Notes: generated by a model from the letters alone, not told the origin. 36,398 nucleotides of DNA from an uncultured Dehalococcoidaceae bacterium (GCA_964460815.1 CAYWRT010000005.1:1-36398), one strand, 5' to 3'; shown: positions 1-7,699, numbered from the stretch's first letter. Translations and numbers: made by a program.

Positions 1-1
1 G

Positions 2-190
2 GGCTTTGCCAGCCGCCTGCTCAAGCCCATGCTGGCACGGCTGGATGCGGAAAAGCTGCCCGCCTATTTGGAAACCCCAACCGAAGGCTATGTCGCCCTG
101 TACCGGCACTTTGGCTTTAAGCTGCTTCAGGAGGCGATGATGCCCGGCAGCGGCACTAAAATGTGGGTAATGTTGAGGGATAATGACTGA
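2..190 (+). CDS. GNAT-family N-acetyltransferase, C-terminal fragment (5' end outside window)
   Basis: The frame is open from the window edge to TGA 188-190 and reads GFASRLLKPMLARLDAEKLPAYLETPTEGYVALYRHFGFKLLQEAMMPGSGTKMWVMLRDND. The ...AYLET...V.LYRHFGF segment resembles the C-terminal end of GNAT folds. The stop overlaps the next ATG (ATGACTGA, 183-190). It is absent from the ORF track because there is no start in the window. Confidence 0.45.
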   Translation, partial: GFASRLLKPMLARLDAEKLPAYLETPTEGYVALYRHFGFKLLQEAMMPGSGTKMWVMLRDND

Positions 191-1331
191 CACCGTCTTA
201 AAAGGCATAAGAATCCTGGACTTCACCTGGGTGCTGGCGGGACCCTATGCCACCCGCCTGCTGGCTGATTTCGGGGCGGAGGTAATTAAGGTCCAGCCCC
301 TTCTATCCACCGAGGCTGATGACAGGTTTGCTCGGGGATACTATAACACCTGGAACCGGAACAAGCTGGGTATTACCCTCAACATGGATAAGCCGCAGGG
401 GGTGGCTCTGGCCAGGAGGCTGGCGGGCATATGTGATGCCGTGGTGGAGAATTTTACGCCGCGGGTGATGGCTAACTGGGGGCTGGACTACGACAATTTG
501 CAGAAGGTAAAGCCTGACATCATCATGCTGAGCATGTCGGTCATGGGGCGGACGGGGGTGTGGCGGGACTATGTCGGCTTTGGACCCACTGTTCAGGCCT
601 TCTCCGGCATGACCCGGCTGACTTCCTTCCCCGGCGGGCCGCCGGCAGGACCGGGTTTTTCTTATGCTGACCATGTTGCTGGTCTATTCGCGTCCCTGGC
701 CCTGCTGGGGGCACTGGAGTACCGGCAGAGGACGGGTGAGGGGCAGTACATTGATATCTCCCAGGTGGAGGCGATGAGCAGCTTACTGGGTGGTGCCATC
801 GTGGACTATGGAGCCAGTAGCGGTGAGGCGGCACCTCATGGTGTCTACCGCTGTAAAGGTAAGGAACGCTGGTGTGCCGTGGCTGTATTCACCGATGAGG
901 AATGGCAGGGATTCCAGCGGGCTCTGGGCAACCCGTCATGGGCTGAGGAGGAAAGGTTTGCCGCATTGTCCAGCCGAATAAGAAATGGTAAAGAGCTGGA
1001 CAGGCGGGTGGCGGCGTGGACGAAAGAGCGTACCGCTGAGGAGGTAATGTCACAGCTCCAGAGAAATGGGGTGGCGGCCGGGGTGGTGCAGGATGCCGCT
1101 GACCTTGCCCGTGACCCTCAGCTGAAGGCGCGGGACTTCTTTATTGAGATTGTCCATCCGGAAGCGGGCATAACTATGACTGATGCCGTACCGGTAAAGC
1201 TATCTTCGGCGCCGGCGAAGTATAATAGAGCCGCTCCGGCTCCAGGCCAGGATAATAGCTATGTCTACGGAAAGCTGCTGGGCATGAGCGAAGCCGAGGT
1301 GGCGGAGCTCGGAAAGCATGGGGTAATATAA
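183..1331 (+). CDS. Family III CoA-transferase (CaiB/BaiF/Frc type)
   Basis: 382-aa ORF. The N-terminus LKGIRILDFTWVLAGPYATRLLADFGAEVIKVQ is the hallmark start of CaiB/BaiF-type CoA-transferases. The central ...GFSYADHVAGL... segment carries the conserved Asp region. Confidence 0.9.
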   Translation: MTDTVLKGIRILDFTWVLAGPYATRLLADFGAEVIKVQPLLSTEADDRFARGYYNTWNRNKLGITLNMDKPQGVALARRLAGICDAVVENFTPRVMANWGLDYDNLQKVKPDIIMLSMSVMGRTGVWRDYVGFGPTVQAFSGMTRLTSFPGGPPAGPGFSYADHVAGLFASLALLGALEYRQRTGEGQYIDISQVEAMSSLLGGAIVDYGASSGEAAPHGVYRCKGKERWCAVAVFTDEEWQGFQRALGNPSWAEEERFAALSSRIRNGKELDRRVAAWTKERTAEEVMSQLQRNGVAAGVVQDAADLARDPQLKARDFFIEIVHPEAGITMTDAVPVKLSSAPAKYNRAAPAPGQDNSYVYGKLLGMSEAEVAELGKHGVI

Positions 1332-1357
1332 GACCTGTTGTTAGTTATCAGGTTCTA

Positions 1358-1387
1358 TTGACGGTTATATTATTAACTTATTAAAAT
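1358..1387 (+). promoter_or_regulatory. Sigma70-like promoter for the HIT gene
   Basis: TTGACG (1358-1363), 18 nt, TAAAAT (1382-1387). It is followed by the strong RBS AAGGAGGGAGG (1405-1415) just before ATG 1417. Confidence 0.4.
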
Positions 1388-1416
1388 GGTAACAAGCGAC
1401 TGGTAAGGAGGGAGGC

Positions 1417-1890
1417 ATGGAGCGAATCTGGGCACCGTGGCGTATTGAATATATCCTCATGGAGAAACCTGATGGGTGTATTCTGTGTGAGAAACCTAAG
1501 GAAGATAATGACGAGCAGAACTATATACTCTACCGGGGAGACAAAAACTTTATCATTTTAAATAGCTATCCCTACAACCCGGGACACCTGCTGGTAGCTT
1601 CTTACCGGCATATAGGTAGCCTGGAAGAGCTGACTGAACAGGAACGGAATGAGCATTTTGAGATGGTCAGCCGGAGCATCAGGGTTCTAAAAGAGGCTTT
1701 TAGCCCCGGCGGCTTTAATATAGGGGCGAATATTGGAAAAGTGGCCGGGACAGGCATAGATGACCATTTTCACAGCCACATTGTGCCCCGCTGGCAGGGG
1801 GATACCAATTATGTGCCGGTACTGGCTGATGTCAGGGTGGTGCCGCAGGCCCTGGCGGAGACCTATAAAATACTTAAGGGGAAATTTTGA
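1417..1890 (+). CDS. HIT-family nucleotide hydrolase/transferase
   Basis: 157 aa with the histidine-triad motif HFHSHIVPRW (H-x-H-x-H-x-x). The upstream NSYPYNPGHLLV block is typical of HIT / Ap4A-phosphorylase-like proteins. There is a strong RBS. Confidence 0.9.
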   Translation: MERIWAPWRIEYILMEKPDGCILCEKPKEDNDEQNYILYRGDKNFIILNSYPYNPGHLLVASYRHIGSLEELTEQERNEHFEMVSRSIRVLKEAFSPGGFNIGANIGKVAGTGIDDHFHSHIVPRWQGDTNYVPVLADVRVVPQALAETYKILKGKF

Positions 1891-1901
1891 ATTAAGAGGG
1901 G

Positions 1902-2291
1902 TTATCTCTTCTGCCGCAGGGCACGAGTGACAGCCTTCTTCAGGCCAGCCGCACTCAGAGGCTTGAGCAGGTAGTCGGCGGCCCCTAGGGCGAGGGCATG
2001 TGTTTGCTGCGATTCCCCGAAGGCAGCGGTAAATACAATTACCGGAATTACCGGGATTTCCGGGTCATTCTTTATCTCTTCCAGTATCACCCAGCCGTTA
2101 TTATCCGGCAGTATCAAGTCCAGCAGCACCAGATTGACCTTATTTCTTCTCGCCAGTATCAGGCCTTCATGACCGGTCTCGGCCTTAAGACAATCATATC
2201 CCTCCAGTTCAAGCACCCGGCAGGCGAAGTTTCGGGTGTCGGCATCATCATCTATAATGAGAACCGTGTCATCCTTGGGCTTTTTGGCCAT
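1902..2291 (-). CDS. Single-domain CheY-like response regulator (REC only)
   Basis: Canonical receiver residues are present: LIIDDDAD acidic pocket, phospho-acceptor Asp in LVLLDLILPD, Thr in VIVFTA, Lys in YLLKP. The ORF-track start at 2300 is GTG. ATG 2291 has AGGTGA 5 nt upstream and is preferred. It overlaps the 3' end of the upstream kinase gene (stop 2269), suggesting translational coupling. Confidence 0.85.
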   Translation of the reverse strand: MAKKPKDDTVLIIDDDADTRNFACRVLELEGYDCLKAETGHEGLILARRNKVNLVLLDLILPDNNGWVILEEIKNDPEIPVIPVIVFTAAFGESQQTHALALGAADYLLKPLSAAGLKKAVTRALRQKR

Positions 2292-5200
2292 AGCTATCAC
2301 CTGACCTGGTATATATCGGCAGGGTGAAGGAGCAACTGGTTCCCTTCCCTTCTTCGCTTTTTATCCAGATTCTGCCGCCGTGTGCCTCTATCAGCCCTTT
2401 GCAGATGGACAGCCCCAGCCCGGCTCCCCCTTCTCCCGGTAATAGCCCTGGCCGGGAGCGAAACATGCGCTCAAATACCCGTGGCAGGTCCTTTTCAGGG
2501 ATGCCTATCCCCTGGTCGGTGACGCTGACCAGTAGCTCCTGCCCGGAGCGACGAACGACTAATGTCACTTCTGTAAACGCTTCTGAGTACTTGACGGCAT
2601 TGCTGATGAGGTTATCCAGAACCTGCCGGATACGTGTGGCATCAATGTTTACCCTGGGCAATCTCTCCGGCAGGTCCAGTGTGATATGGTGGGCGGGTGA
2701 CCTTACCTGGGCCTCGGCTACGGCCTCCCGACACAGCCTGTTAATGGTGGTGGGTGCCTTGTCTATCGTCAGTGTGCCGGCGCCTAACTGGGACATGTCC
2801 AGCAACTGTCTTATGAGCTCTGCCAGCCGGTCGGCGTTCTTGTCAATAGTCTTCAGGTATTCCTGTTTCTCATCACGCTTCAGTCGCCGGTCATAGTCCA
2901 GTAGCATGGTGGCAAAGCCCTTGATACTTGCCAGTGGTGTGCGCAGTTCGTGGGAGATATTGGCCAGCAGTTCAGTTCGCAGCTTGTCAAGCTCTCTAAG
3001 GGTCGCCGCCTCACGCGCCTGTTCCTCAGCCCGTCTGCGCTCGGTGATGTCCCTGACAAAAACCGAGAGGCCATCCACAGAGGGATAGGCGCTGATTTCA
3101 AAAAGCAATTTCTTGTCCCGGATTTGGTATTCGGTGACCAAGTGCTGTGGCTGCCTGGTTCTCAGTGCCTTCAGGTACGTTCTTTCCGCCTTTCTGGTCA
3201 TTTCTGCGTCCGAGAAAATTTCATAGAGGTGTTTTCCCAGAGCGTCTCTGGCGGAAACTCCGGTCAGTTCTTCGCTGGCCTTATTCCAGTAGGTATATCT
3301 CAGGTCTTTATCAAAGGCAAAGAAGACGTCCGAGATGCTTTCGGCCAGGTTCCTGTATTTCTCCTCAGACCGCTTGCGCTCGGTAATATCACGAATAAAT
3401 ACAAACAGTTGCCCTTTCTCTACATTAAGGCAATTTACACTAACCTCAACATTAATTATCTTCCCGTCTTTACGTTTATGTCGACTCTCAAAACGGTCAT
3501 AACCTTCGTTAACCACTTTTTCAATATGTCGAGCAGTTTCCTCAGGACTTTCAATGGCTTCTATGTCTTTTATGGCCATCTTGAGTAGTTCTTCTCGTGT
3601 ATAGCCTATCATCTGACAATATGAATCGTTGACTTCAAGAAATTTACCCTCTAGATTGCAGAGCCAGAAACCATCCAGGGCTGTTGTTAAGATTGCCTGA
3701 TTTCTCTCTTCCATTTTCTTGCGCTCGGTAATGTCGGTTGCCACGGATATCATGCAGGGCTCACCATCAATGTTGATTGGCTCGGCTGAAAAAAGTGATG
3801 TGTATATCTCACCTGACTTAGTTCGTAATTCCACTTCCTCGTTATAAACTCGTCCCTGTTCTTTCATCTTTTTTACAATTCTGGCGCGATGCTCTGGCTT
3901 TATCCAGGAACGGAGCTCGCTTGTAGTATGACCGATTACCTCTTCACGGGTGTAGCCGGTAAAACGGGTGTAGCTGTCGTTTACTTCAATGAATCTGCCA
4001 TCTTTAATTGTGGTGATAGCGATTCTATCAGGGCTGGAACGAAAGGCTTTGGAGAACTTCTCCTCGCTCTCCTGTAGTGCCTCCTCCGCCTGCTTGCGCT
4101 CGGTGATGTCAACCCAGTTTGCCAGGTAGTATTTAATTGTCCCTTCGTGTATTACCGGTGTCATTTTTATCTCGGCCCAGAAATGTTCCCCGTTCTTTTT
4201 CCGGTTGATTAACTCTCTTTTTGCAGGGCTACTTCTCTTACCTTGCATCAAGCTGGTGAGTCTATCTTCCTTTATTTCCTCCGGCCACCAGGGGTATGGA
4301 GGTTTTATGCCGGCAATTTCCGACAGAGTAAAACCGGTCAGCTTTTCAAACGCCGGATTCGCATATTTTATTGAAGTATCTGGATTAGCCACGACGATTG
4401 GATTTGGCGAGTTCTCCAGCAGGCTGGTGCTGAACTCCTCACTTTCGGCTAAAGCCTCCTCAGACCGCTTGCGCTCGGTGATGTCATACAATGAAATCAG
4501 GCCGGCTAATCTACCCTGATATTCGATTCTCGCACCGACGGCTCTTATCCAGATTTTTCTGCCGTCTCTGGTTATTACCCGGAATTCGTTTACCTGACGC
4601 ATGTCTCTGGTAAACATGTCTTCGGTAATAATCTTAATAGCCCGGTCTCTATCGTCCGGGGGAATAAATTCAAGCGGGTTCGTTCCAATGGCGTCCTCGG
4701 CGGAATCAAATCCAAATAAATTAGCGGCGGCTTCATTGCCAAGCACTACCTTCATCGTTTCGGCATCAATGACAAATACGCCATCTAGTGTGCCTTCGAA
4801 TAAGGCCCTGTATCTCTGTTCGCTCTCCCGCAGTTTCTCCTCAGACCGCTTGCGCTCGGTGATGTCCCTAATAACAGTGACCGAACTAATATGTCTGCCT
4901 TGCTCATCTTTGAGTGTTGCCAACGCATGTTCGGAGGGGAAGATTGTGCCGTCCTTACGTCGCATCCTGTATTCAAACAAATGTAGAGAGCCAGATTGGT
5001 CAATGGTTGCCTTGTAGATGTGCTGTCGGAACTCTAGATTTGCTTGCCCGCCAATATGCAAGAAGCTCGTGGTGTGTCCTAGCATTTCTTGACGGGTGTA
5101 GCCGAATATTTGCGTTGCGGCTGGGTTGCATTCAAGTATCGTCGGCGGCTTCCCCGTATCCAAGACGAAGATGGCAGACCGCTGGCTGGCAAAGGTCTTT

Positions 5201-6108
5201 TCGAACAGTTCTTTGGACTCACGCAGCTTTTCCTCGGCCCGCTTGCGCTCGGTGATGTCAGTTGCCGCGCCTATAAATTTTGATGGCTTACCTGTTTTTT
5301 CATCCCGAATCACTATGATTCTGTCCAGCCAGGTCATGTATGTCCCATCTTTTTTTCTCATACGGTACTCTATGGTATATGGTACACCTGGTTCTAGCTG
5401 GTCTATACTTAGACTATCTATCCGGGCAAGGTCTTCCGGGTGGACATGTCCCCGCCAGCCTTCCATAGTACGGGGATAGCCACCAGGCTCATAGCCTAAA
5501 TGGCTGTCTATATCTCCATAAAATGTAGCCATGCCGGTTTGCAGGTCTCTCTCATAGACGACATCACTGGCAATCTGGCTGGCAACACGGAATCTTTTTT
5601 CACTATCTCTTAGCGCTTCCTCCGCCCGCTTGCGCTCGGTGATGTCATCCCCAATTATCTGGATGCCGACCGGCATATTATGTTTTTTGAGCACCCTGCC
5701 TCTTATTTGCAGCCAAATCCATTCCCCGTCCTTACGCTTGTACTGTATCTCCAAAATTCCGGGGGGTTGTCCCATCAGCTTTTTCTTCATCCGCTCTCTC
5801 AAGACCTTTATCGTTTCATTGGAAATTAGGCCAAGACTGAACGCATTCTTCCCAACCAACTCCCCCCATGAATAACCGGTAGCTTGCAGGATGGTTTTAT
5901 TAACATAGGTGATTTTGCCGGTGAGGTCCACGTTCATTATGCCAATGATAGCGTCTTCAACCAGCGTTCTGTATTTCTCTTCACTCTCCTTCAGTGCCTC
6001 TTCTGCATATTTGCTCTCGGCTTTTGATGCTTCAAGTCCAGCAAGCTGCTGGCGCGCCTCCATTAACTCAGCCATAAGATGTTTTTTAGTTTTACCTGAG
6101 TCATTCAT
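2269..6108 (-). CDS. Soluble multi-PAS sensor histidine kinase (8 PAS + HisKA + HATPase_c)
   Basis: Eight PAS units each end in DITERK(R/K/Q)xEE. The H-box is [12 protein letters not shown]. The ATPase boxes are DNLISNAVKYS, DQGIGIP and GGAGLGLSI. No hydrophobic TM segment is present. The ORF-track start at 6117 is GTG; ATG 6108 has AAGGGG 8 nt upstream. Confidence 0.9.
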   Translation of the reverse strand: MNDSGKTKKHLMAELMEARQQLAGLEASKAESKYAEEALKESEEKYRTLVEDAIIGIMNVDLTGKITYVNKTILQATGYSWGELVGKNAFSLGLISNETIKVLRERMKKKLMGQPPGILEIQYKRKDGEWIWLQIRGRVLKKHNMPVGIQIIGDDITERKRAEEALRDSEKRFRVASQIASDVVYERDLQTGMATFYGDIDSHLGYEPGGYPRTMEGWRGHVHPEDLARIDSLSIDQLEPGVPYTIEYRMRKKDGTYMTWLDRIIVIRDEKTGKPSKFIGAATDITERKRAEEKLRESKELFEKTFASQRSAIFVLDTGKPPTILECNPAATQIFGYTRQEMLGHTTSFLHIGGQANLEFRQHIYKATIDQSGSLHLFEYRMRRKDGTIFPSEHALATLKDEQGRHISSVTVIRDITERKRSEEKLRESEQRYRALFEGTLDGVFVIDAETMKVVLGNEAAANLFGFDSAEDAIGTNPLEFIPPDDRDRAIKIITEDMFTRDMRQVNEFRVITRDGRKIWIRAVGARIEYQGRLAGLISLYDITERKRSEEALAESEEFSTSLLENSPNPIVVANPDTSIKYANPAFEKLTGFTLSEIAGIKPPYPWWPEEIKEDRLTSLMQGKRSSPAKRELINRKKNGEHFWAEIKMTPVIHEGTIKYYLANWVDITERKQAEEALQESEEKFSKAFRSSPDRIAITTIKDGRFIEVNDSYTRFTGYTREEVIGHTTSELRSWIKPEHRARIVKKMKEQGRVYNEEVELRTKSGEIYTSLFSAEPINIDGEPCMISVATDITERKKMEERNQAILTTALDGFWLCNLEGKFLEVNDSYCQMIGYTREELLKMAIKDIEAIESPEETARHIEKVVNEGYDRFESRHKRKDGKIINVEVSVNCLNVEKGQLFVFIRDITERKRSEEKYRNLAESISDVFFAFDKDLRYTYWNKASEELTGVSARDALGKHLYEIFSDAEMTRKAERTYLKALRTRQPQHLVTEYQIRDKKLLFEISAYPSVDGLSVFVRDITERRRAEEQAREAATLRELDKLRTELLANISHELRTPLASIKGFATMLLDYDRRLKRDEKQEYLKTIDKNADRLAELIRQLLDMSQLGAGTLTIDKAPTTINRLCREAVAEAQVRSPAHHITLDLPERLPRVNIDATRIRQVLDNLISNAVKYSEAFTEVTLVVRRSGQELLVSVTDQGIGIPEKDLPRVFERMFRSRPGLLPGEGGAGLGLSICKGLIEAHGGRIWIKSEEGKGTSCSFTLPIYTRSGDSYGQKAQG

Positions 6109-6163
6109 CCCCGTCACCCCTTGAATCAGACCGGGTGCGCTTTTTATCTTATTTTATATGCTT

Positions 6164-6192
6164 TTTCTACCACTTGTTTTGCCAAATGTCAA
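6164..6192 (-). promoter_or_regulatory. Possible internal promoter ahead of the multi-PAS kinase
   Basis: On the minus strand: TTGACA (6192-6187), 17 nt, TAGAAA (6169-6164). It lies in the 217-nt gap between the REC-only gene and the kinase gene. The -10 element is weak. Confidence 0.25.
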
Positions 6193-6334
6193 GATTTTTT
6201 CGTCAGTGTTGATTTAGCCAGTGCCGGGATGGCAGGGAAAGAGGACGCTTTTGGAATTCTGGTGGTGCCTGGTGGCGGTGTCCCGGGTGTTTACCCTCGA
6301 GGTTGTTGTTTTCCTGATTGCCGGCACTCTGGTG

Positions 6335-6757
6335 CTAGAGCGCTGAAGAGTCCTTCTCCAGTGATTGCAGGGCTTCCTGCCGGGTACGTCTCAGCTTCGC
6401 CCGGATGCGGGCTATAAGCGCCCGTGTGCTGAAGGGCTTGCTGACATAATCGTCGGCACCGAGGAACAGTGACCTTTGCAGGGCTGTTACTTCAGCCCTG
6501 GCGGTGAGCATGATAATGGGAACGTTGGAACGCTCTCGTATTAGGTCAAGAGTCTGAAAACCATCAAGCCCCGGCATCATTATGTCCAGGATGACTAGGT
6601 CAGGGTCAGTTTCCTCCAGCAGGGCCAGTGCGGAGTTGCCGTCGGCGACAACAATAGCGTCGAAACCTTCCAGTTCAAGGGTGCGGTTGAGTATCTTCAG
6701 CATTTCCTGGTTATCATCTACCACCATAATGCGTTGGCGGTTATGCATTGTTGGCAA
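6335..6757 (-). CDS. REC-only response regulator (OmpR-like receiver without DNA-binding domain)
   Basis: 140 aa with MVVDDNQ, LVILDIMMPGLDG, IIMLTAR and DDYVSKPF, so all receiver signature residues are present. The receiver closely resembles that of the OmpR-type regulator at 7700-8398, but the protein stops after the linker. The RBS GGAGA lies 10 nt upstream. Confidence 0.85.
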   Translation of the reverse strand: MPTMHNRQRIMVVDDNQEMLKILNRTLELEGFDAIVVADGNSALALLEETDPDLVILDIMMPGLDGFQTLDLIRERSNVPIIMLTARAEVTALQRSLFLGADDYVSKPFSTRALIARIRAKLRRTRQEALQSLEKDSSAL

Positions 6758-6793
6758 ATCTCCGTTTATCTTGATTCTTAAAGGTGTAGCCCT

Positions 6794-7039
6794 TTAGTTC
6801 TGCGAATTTCTGGGCGGCGCTATCTTCCATATGGGAGCAATAACTGCCCCGCCTTTTATGCAGATGGAGCCTCTGACACATCCTGCTTTGCTTGAGGAGT
6901 GGATGTTGCCCGGGGTCGGCATGTCCTTTAGCGGAGCCAATCTGCCTTCGTCACTGCGGTGCGTCTGGCGGAACATTCTCATATGTTCGAGATGCTGCTT
7001 GAAGGATTTCGCATCATTCCATACCAGTGCCATTACCAT
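6794..7039 (-). CDS. Hypothetical small protein (81 aa), first gene of the kinase operon
   Basis: ATG 7039 is preceded by GAGGT (7-nt spacer) and a promoter-like element. It ends 37 nt before the REC-only gene. No family was recognised from the sequence MVMALVWNDAKSFKQHLEHMRMF.... Confidence 0.4.
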   Translation of the reverse strand: MVMALVWNDAKSFKQHLEHMRMFRQTHRSDEGRLAPLKDMPTPGNIHSSSKAGCVRGSICIKGGAVIAPIWKIAPPRNSQN

Positions 7040-7062
7040 TTTTCTTACCTCACACTGCTTAC

Positions 7063-7092
7063 ATTACTTAAGTGGCCTCACAAAAGTGTCAA
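7063..7092 (-). promoter_or_regulatory. Sigma70-like promoter for the 81-aa ORF / kinase operon
   Basis: On the minus strand: TTGACA (7092-7087), 18 nt, AGTAAT (7068-7063), about 20 nt upstream of the RBS and ATG at 7039. Confidence 0.35.
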
Positions 7093-7230
7093 AAAGGGGT
7101 TTCGAAGACTCACAAAAAAGTCACGGTTAGCCATTGTGTATATTATCGTCTTCAGTTTTGCCAGTTTCTGGGAAAAATCAGAAGTGGGCACCGAGATTGT
7201 TTAGCCACCTGTCCCCTGAATCCTTCCTTT

Positions 7231-7615
7231 GTTATCTATTCCCACCCAGGCCGCCCAGCATCATCTGTGGCTTATCCCGTGAGTTTGTACCTCCCCTCGT
7301 TGTTATCTATTCCCACCCTGCCACCCTCGTATCACCCACGGCTTAACCCGAGAATATTCCCCACCTTTTCCCCTTCAGAGAAGAAAGAAAAGAGGGGCTG
7401 GCGCCCCTCTACACAAGCTACTCCCCCTGGGGTGGGGAGGGTAAAACTACAACCTATGTCTGGACTGTACACTGCGGGATAAGCAGAAAATGATGCGTGG
7501 GTGGCTTGGGTGGGAAAAGATAAGAAAGAAAAAGTTAATAACCCCTGGGGTGGGGAGGTACAAACTTACGGGATAAGCCGCCGATGACACTGGGCGGCAG
7601 GGTGGGAAAGGATTA
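7231..7615. repeat. Palindromic cluster A of a C-rich ~65-95-nt repeat family (2 forward + 2 inverted copies)
   Basis: A1 is 7231-7296 and A2 is 7301-7365 (C-rich orientation). A3 is 7429-7523 and A4 is 7547-7615 (inverted). The shared boxes are TTCCCACCC...GCC(G/A)CCC...GGCTTATCCCG...CCTCCCC(ACCCC). A1 versus the reverse complement of A4 shows 6 substitutions and one 1-nt indel over the ~57-nt core by hand alignment. Confidence 0.85.
7381..7410 (-). terminator. Intrinsic-terminator-like hairpin at the dyad centre of cluster A
   Basis: AGAGGGGC-TGGC-GCCCCTCT (7391-7410) forms an 8-bp GC-rich stem with a 4-nt loop. On the minus strand it is followed by TTTCTTTCTT (reverse complement of 7381-7390). 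It lies ~290 nt downstream of the OmpR-type regulator stop at 7700. Confidence 0.4.
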
Positions 7616-7699
7616 CAAACGAGGGGGGCAAACTGAAATCAGAAGGCTCCCCGGGGACTGTTGACTGTCTTCGTGTGATGGACAATGGCTGTTAGGTAA

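Noticed and set aside
1891-1901. Possible bidirectional terminator between the convergent HIT gene and the CheY-like gene (AAGAG-N7-CTCTT, about 1895-1911).
   Set aside because: The stem is only 5 bp with a 7-nt loop. There is no U-tract on either strand, and the hairpin partly lies inside the CheY-like coding sequence.
2324-5875. Many plus-strand ORFs (60-212 aa) lie inside the multi-PAS kinase gene. Similar ones lie at 8592-10678 inside the second kinase. Several contain the recurring peptide RLRSVMS.
   Set aside because: They are antisense shadows of the long minus-strand kinase genes. RLRSVMS is just the reverse-strand reading of the repeated DITERKR junction. They have no RBS or family similarity, and they fully overlap strongly supported genes.
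6118-6334. Is the 217-nt gap after the truncated OmpR-like receiver a decayed winged-helix domain (pseudogenised C-terminus)?
   Set aside because: I translated the minus strand in two of its frames, including read-through of the TAG in the receiver's own frame. Neither reading gives anything resembling a Trans_reg_C domain (no LT..E..LL or RLR.KL pattern).
7072-7482. ORFs of 64-136 aa cross the repeat clusters (7072-7482 +, 7134-7346 +, 12148-12342 +, 12263-12529 -). They give Pro/Ser-rich translations such as FPTLPPS.HPRL.
   Set aside because: The similarity between them comes from the C-rich DNA repeat being read in one frame. Copies occur in both orientations and carry indels that break the frame, and there are no RBSs. 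I treated them as non-coding repeats.
7547-7615. Mini-ORFs start at a conserved ATG(ATG) inside each repeat unit in the G-rich orientation. Examples are MMLGGLGGNR, MLRGRQGGKR, MLRGRLGWEQI and MTLGGRVGK....
   Set aside because: Frame and length are not conserved between copies, because 1-nt indels shift the frame (A3 against A1). The only SD-like GGAGG lies ~25 nt upstream, which is too far. This is most simply a by-product of nucleotide-level conservation.
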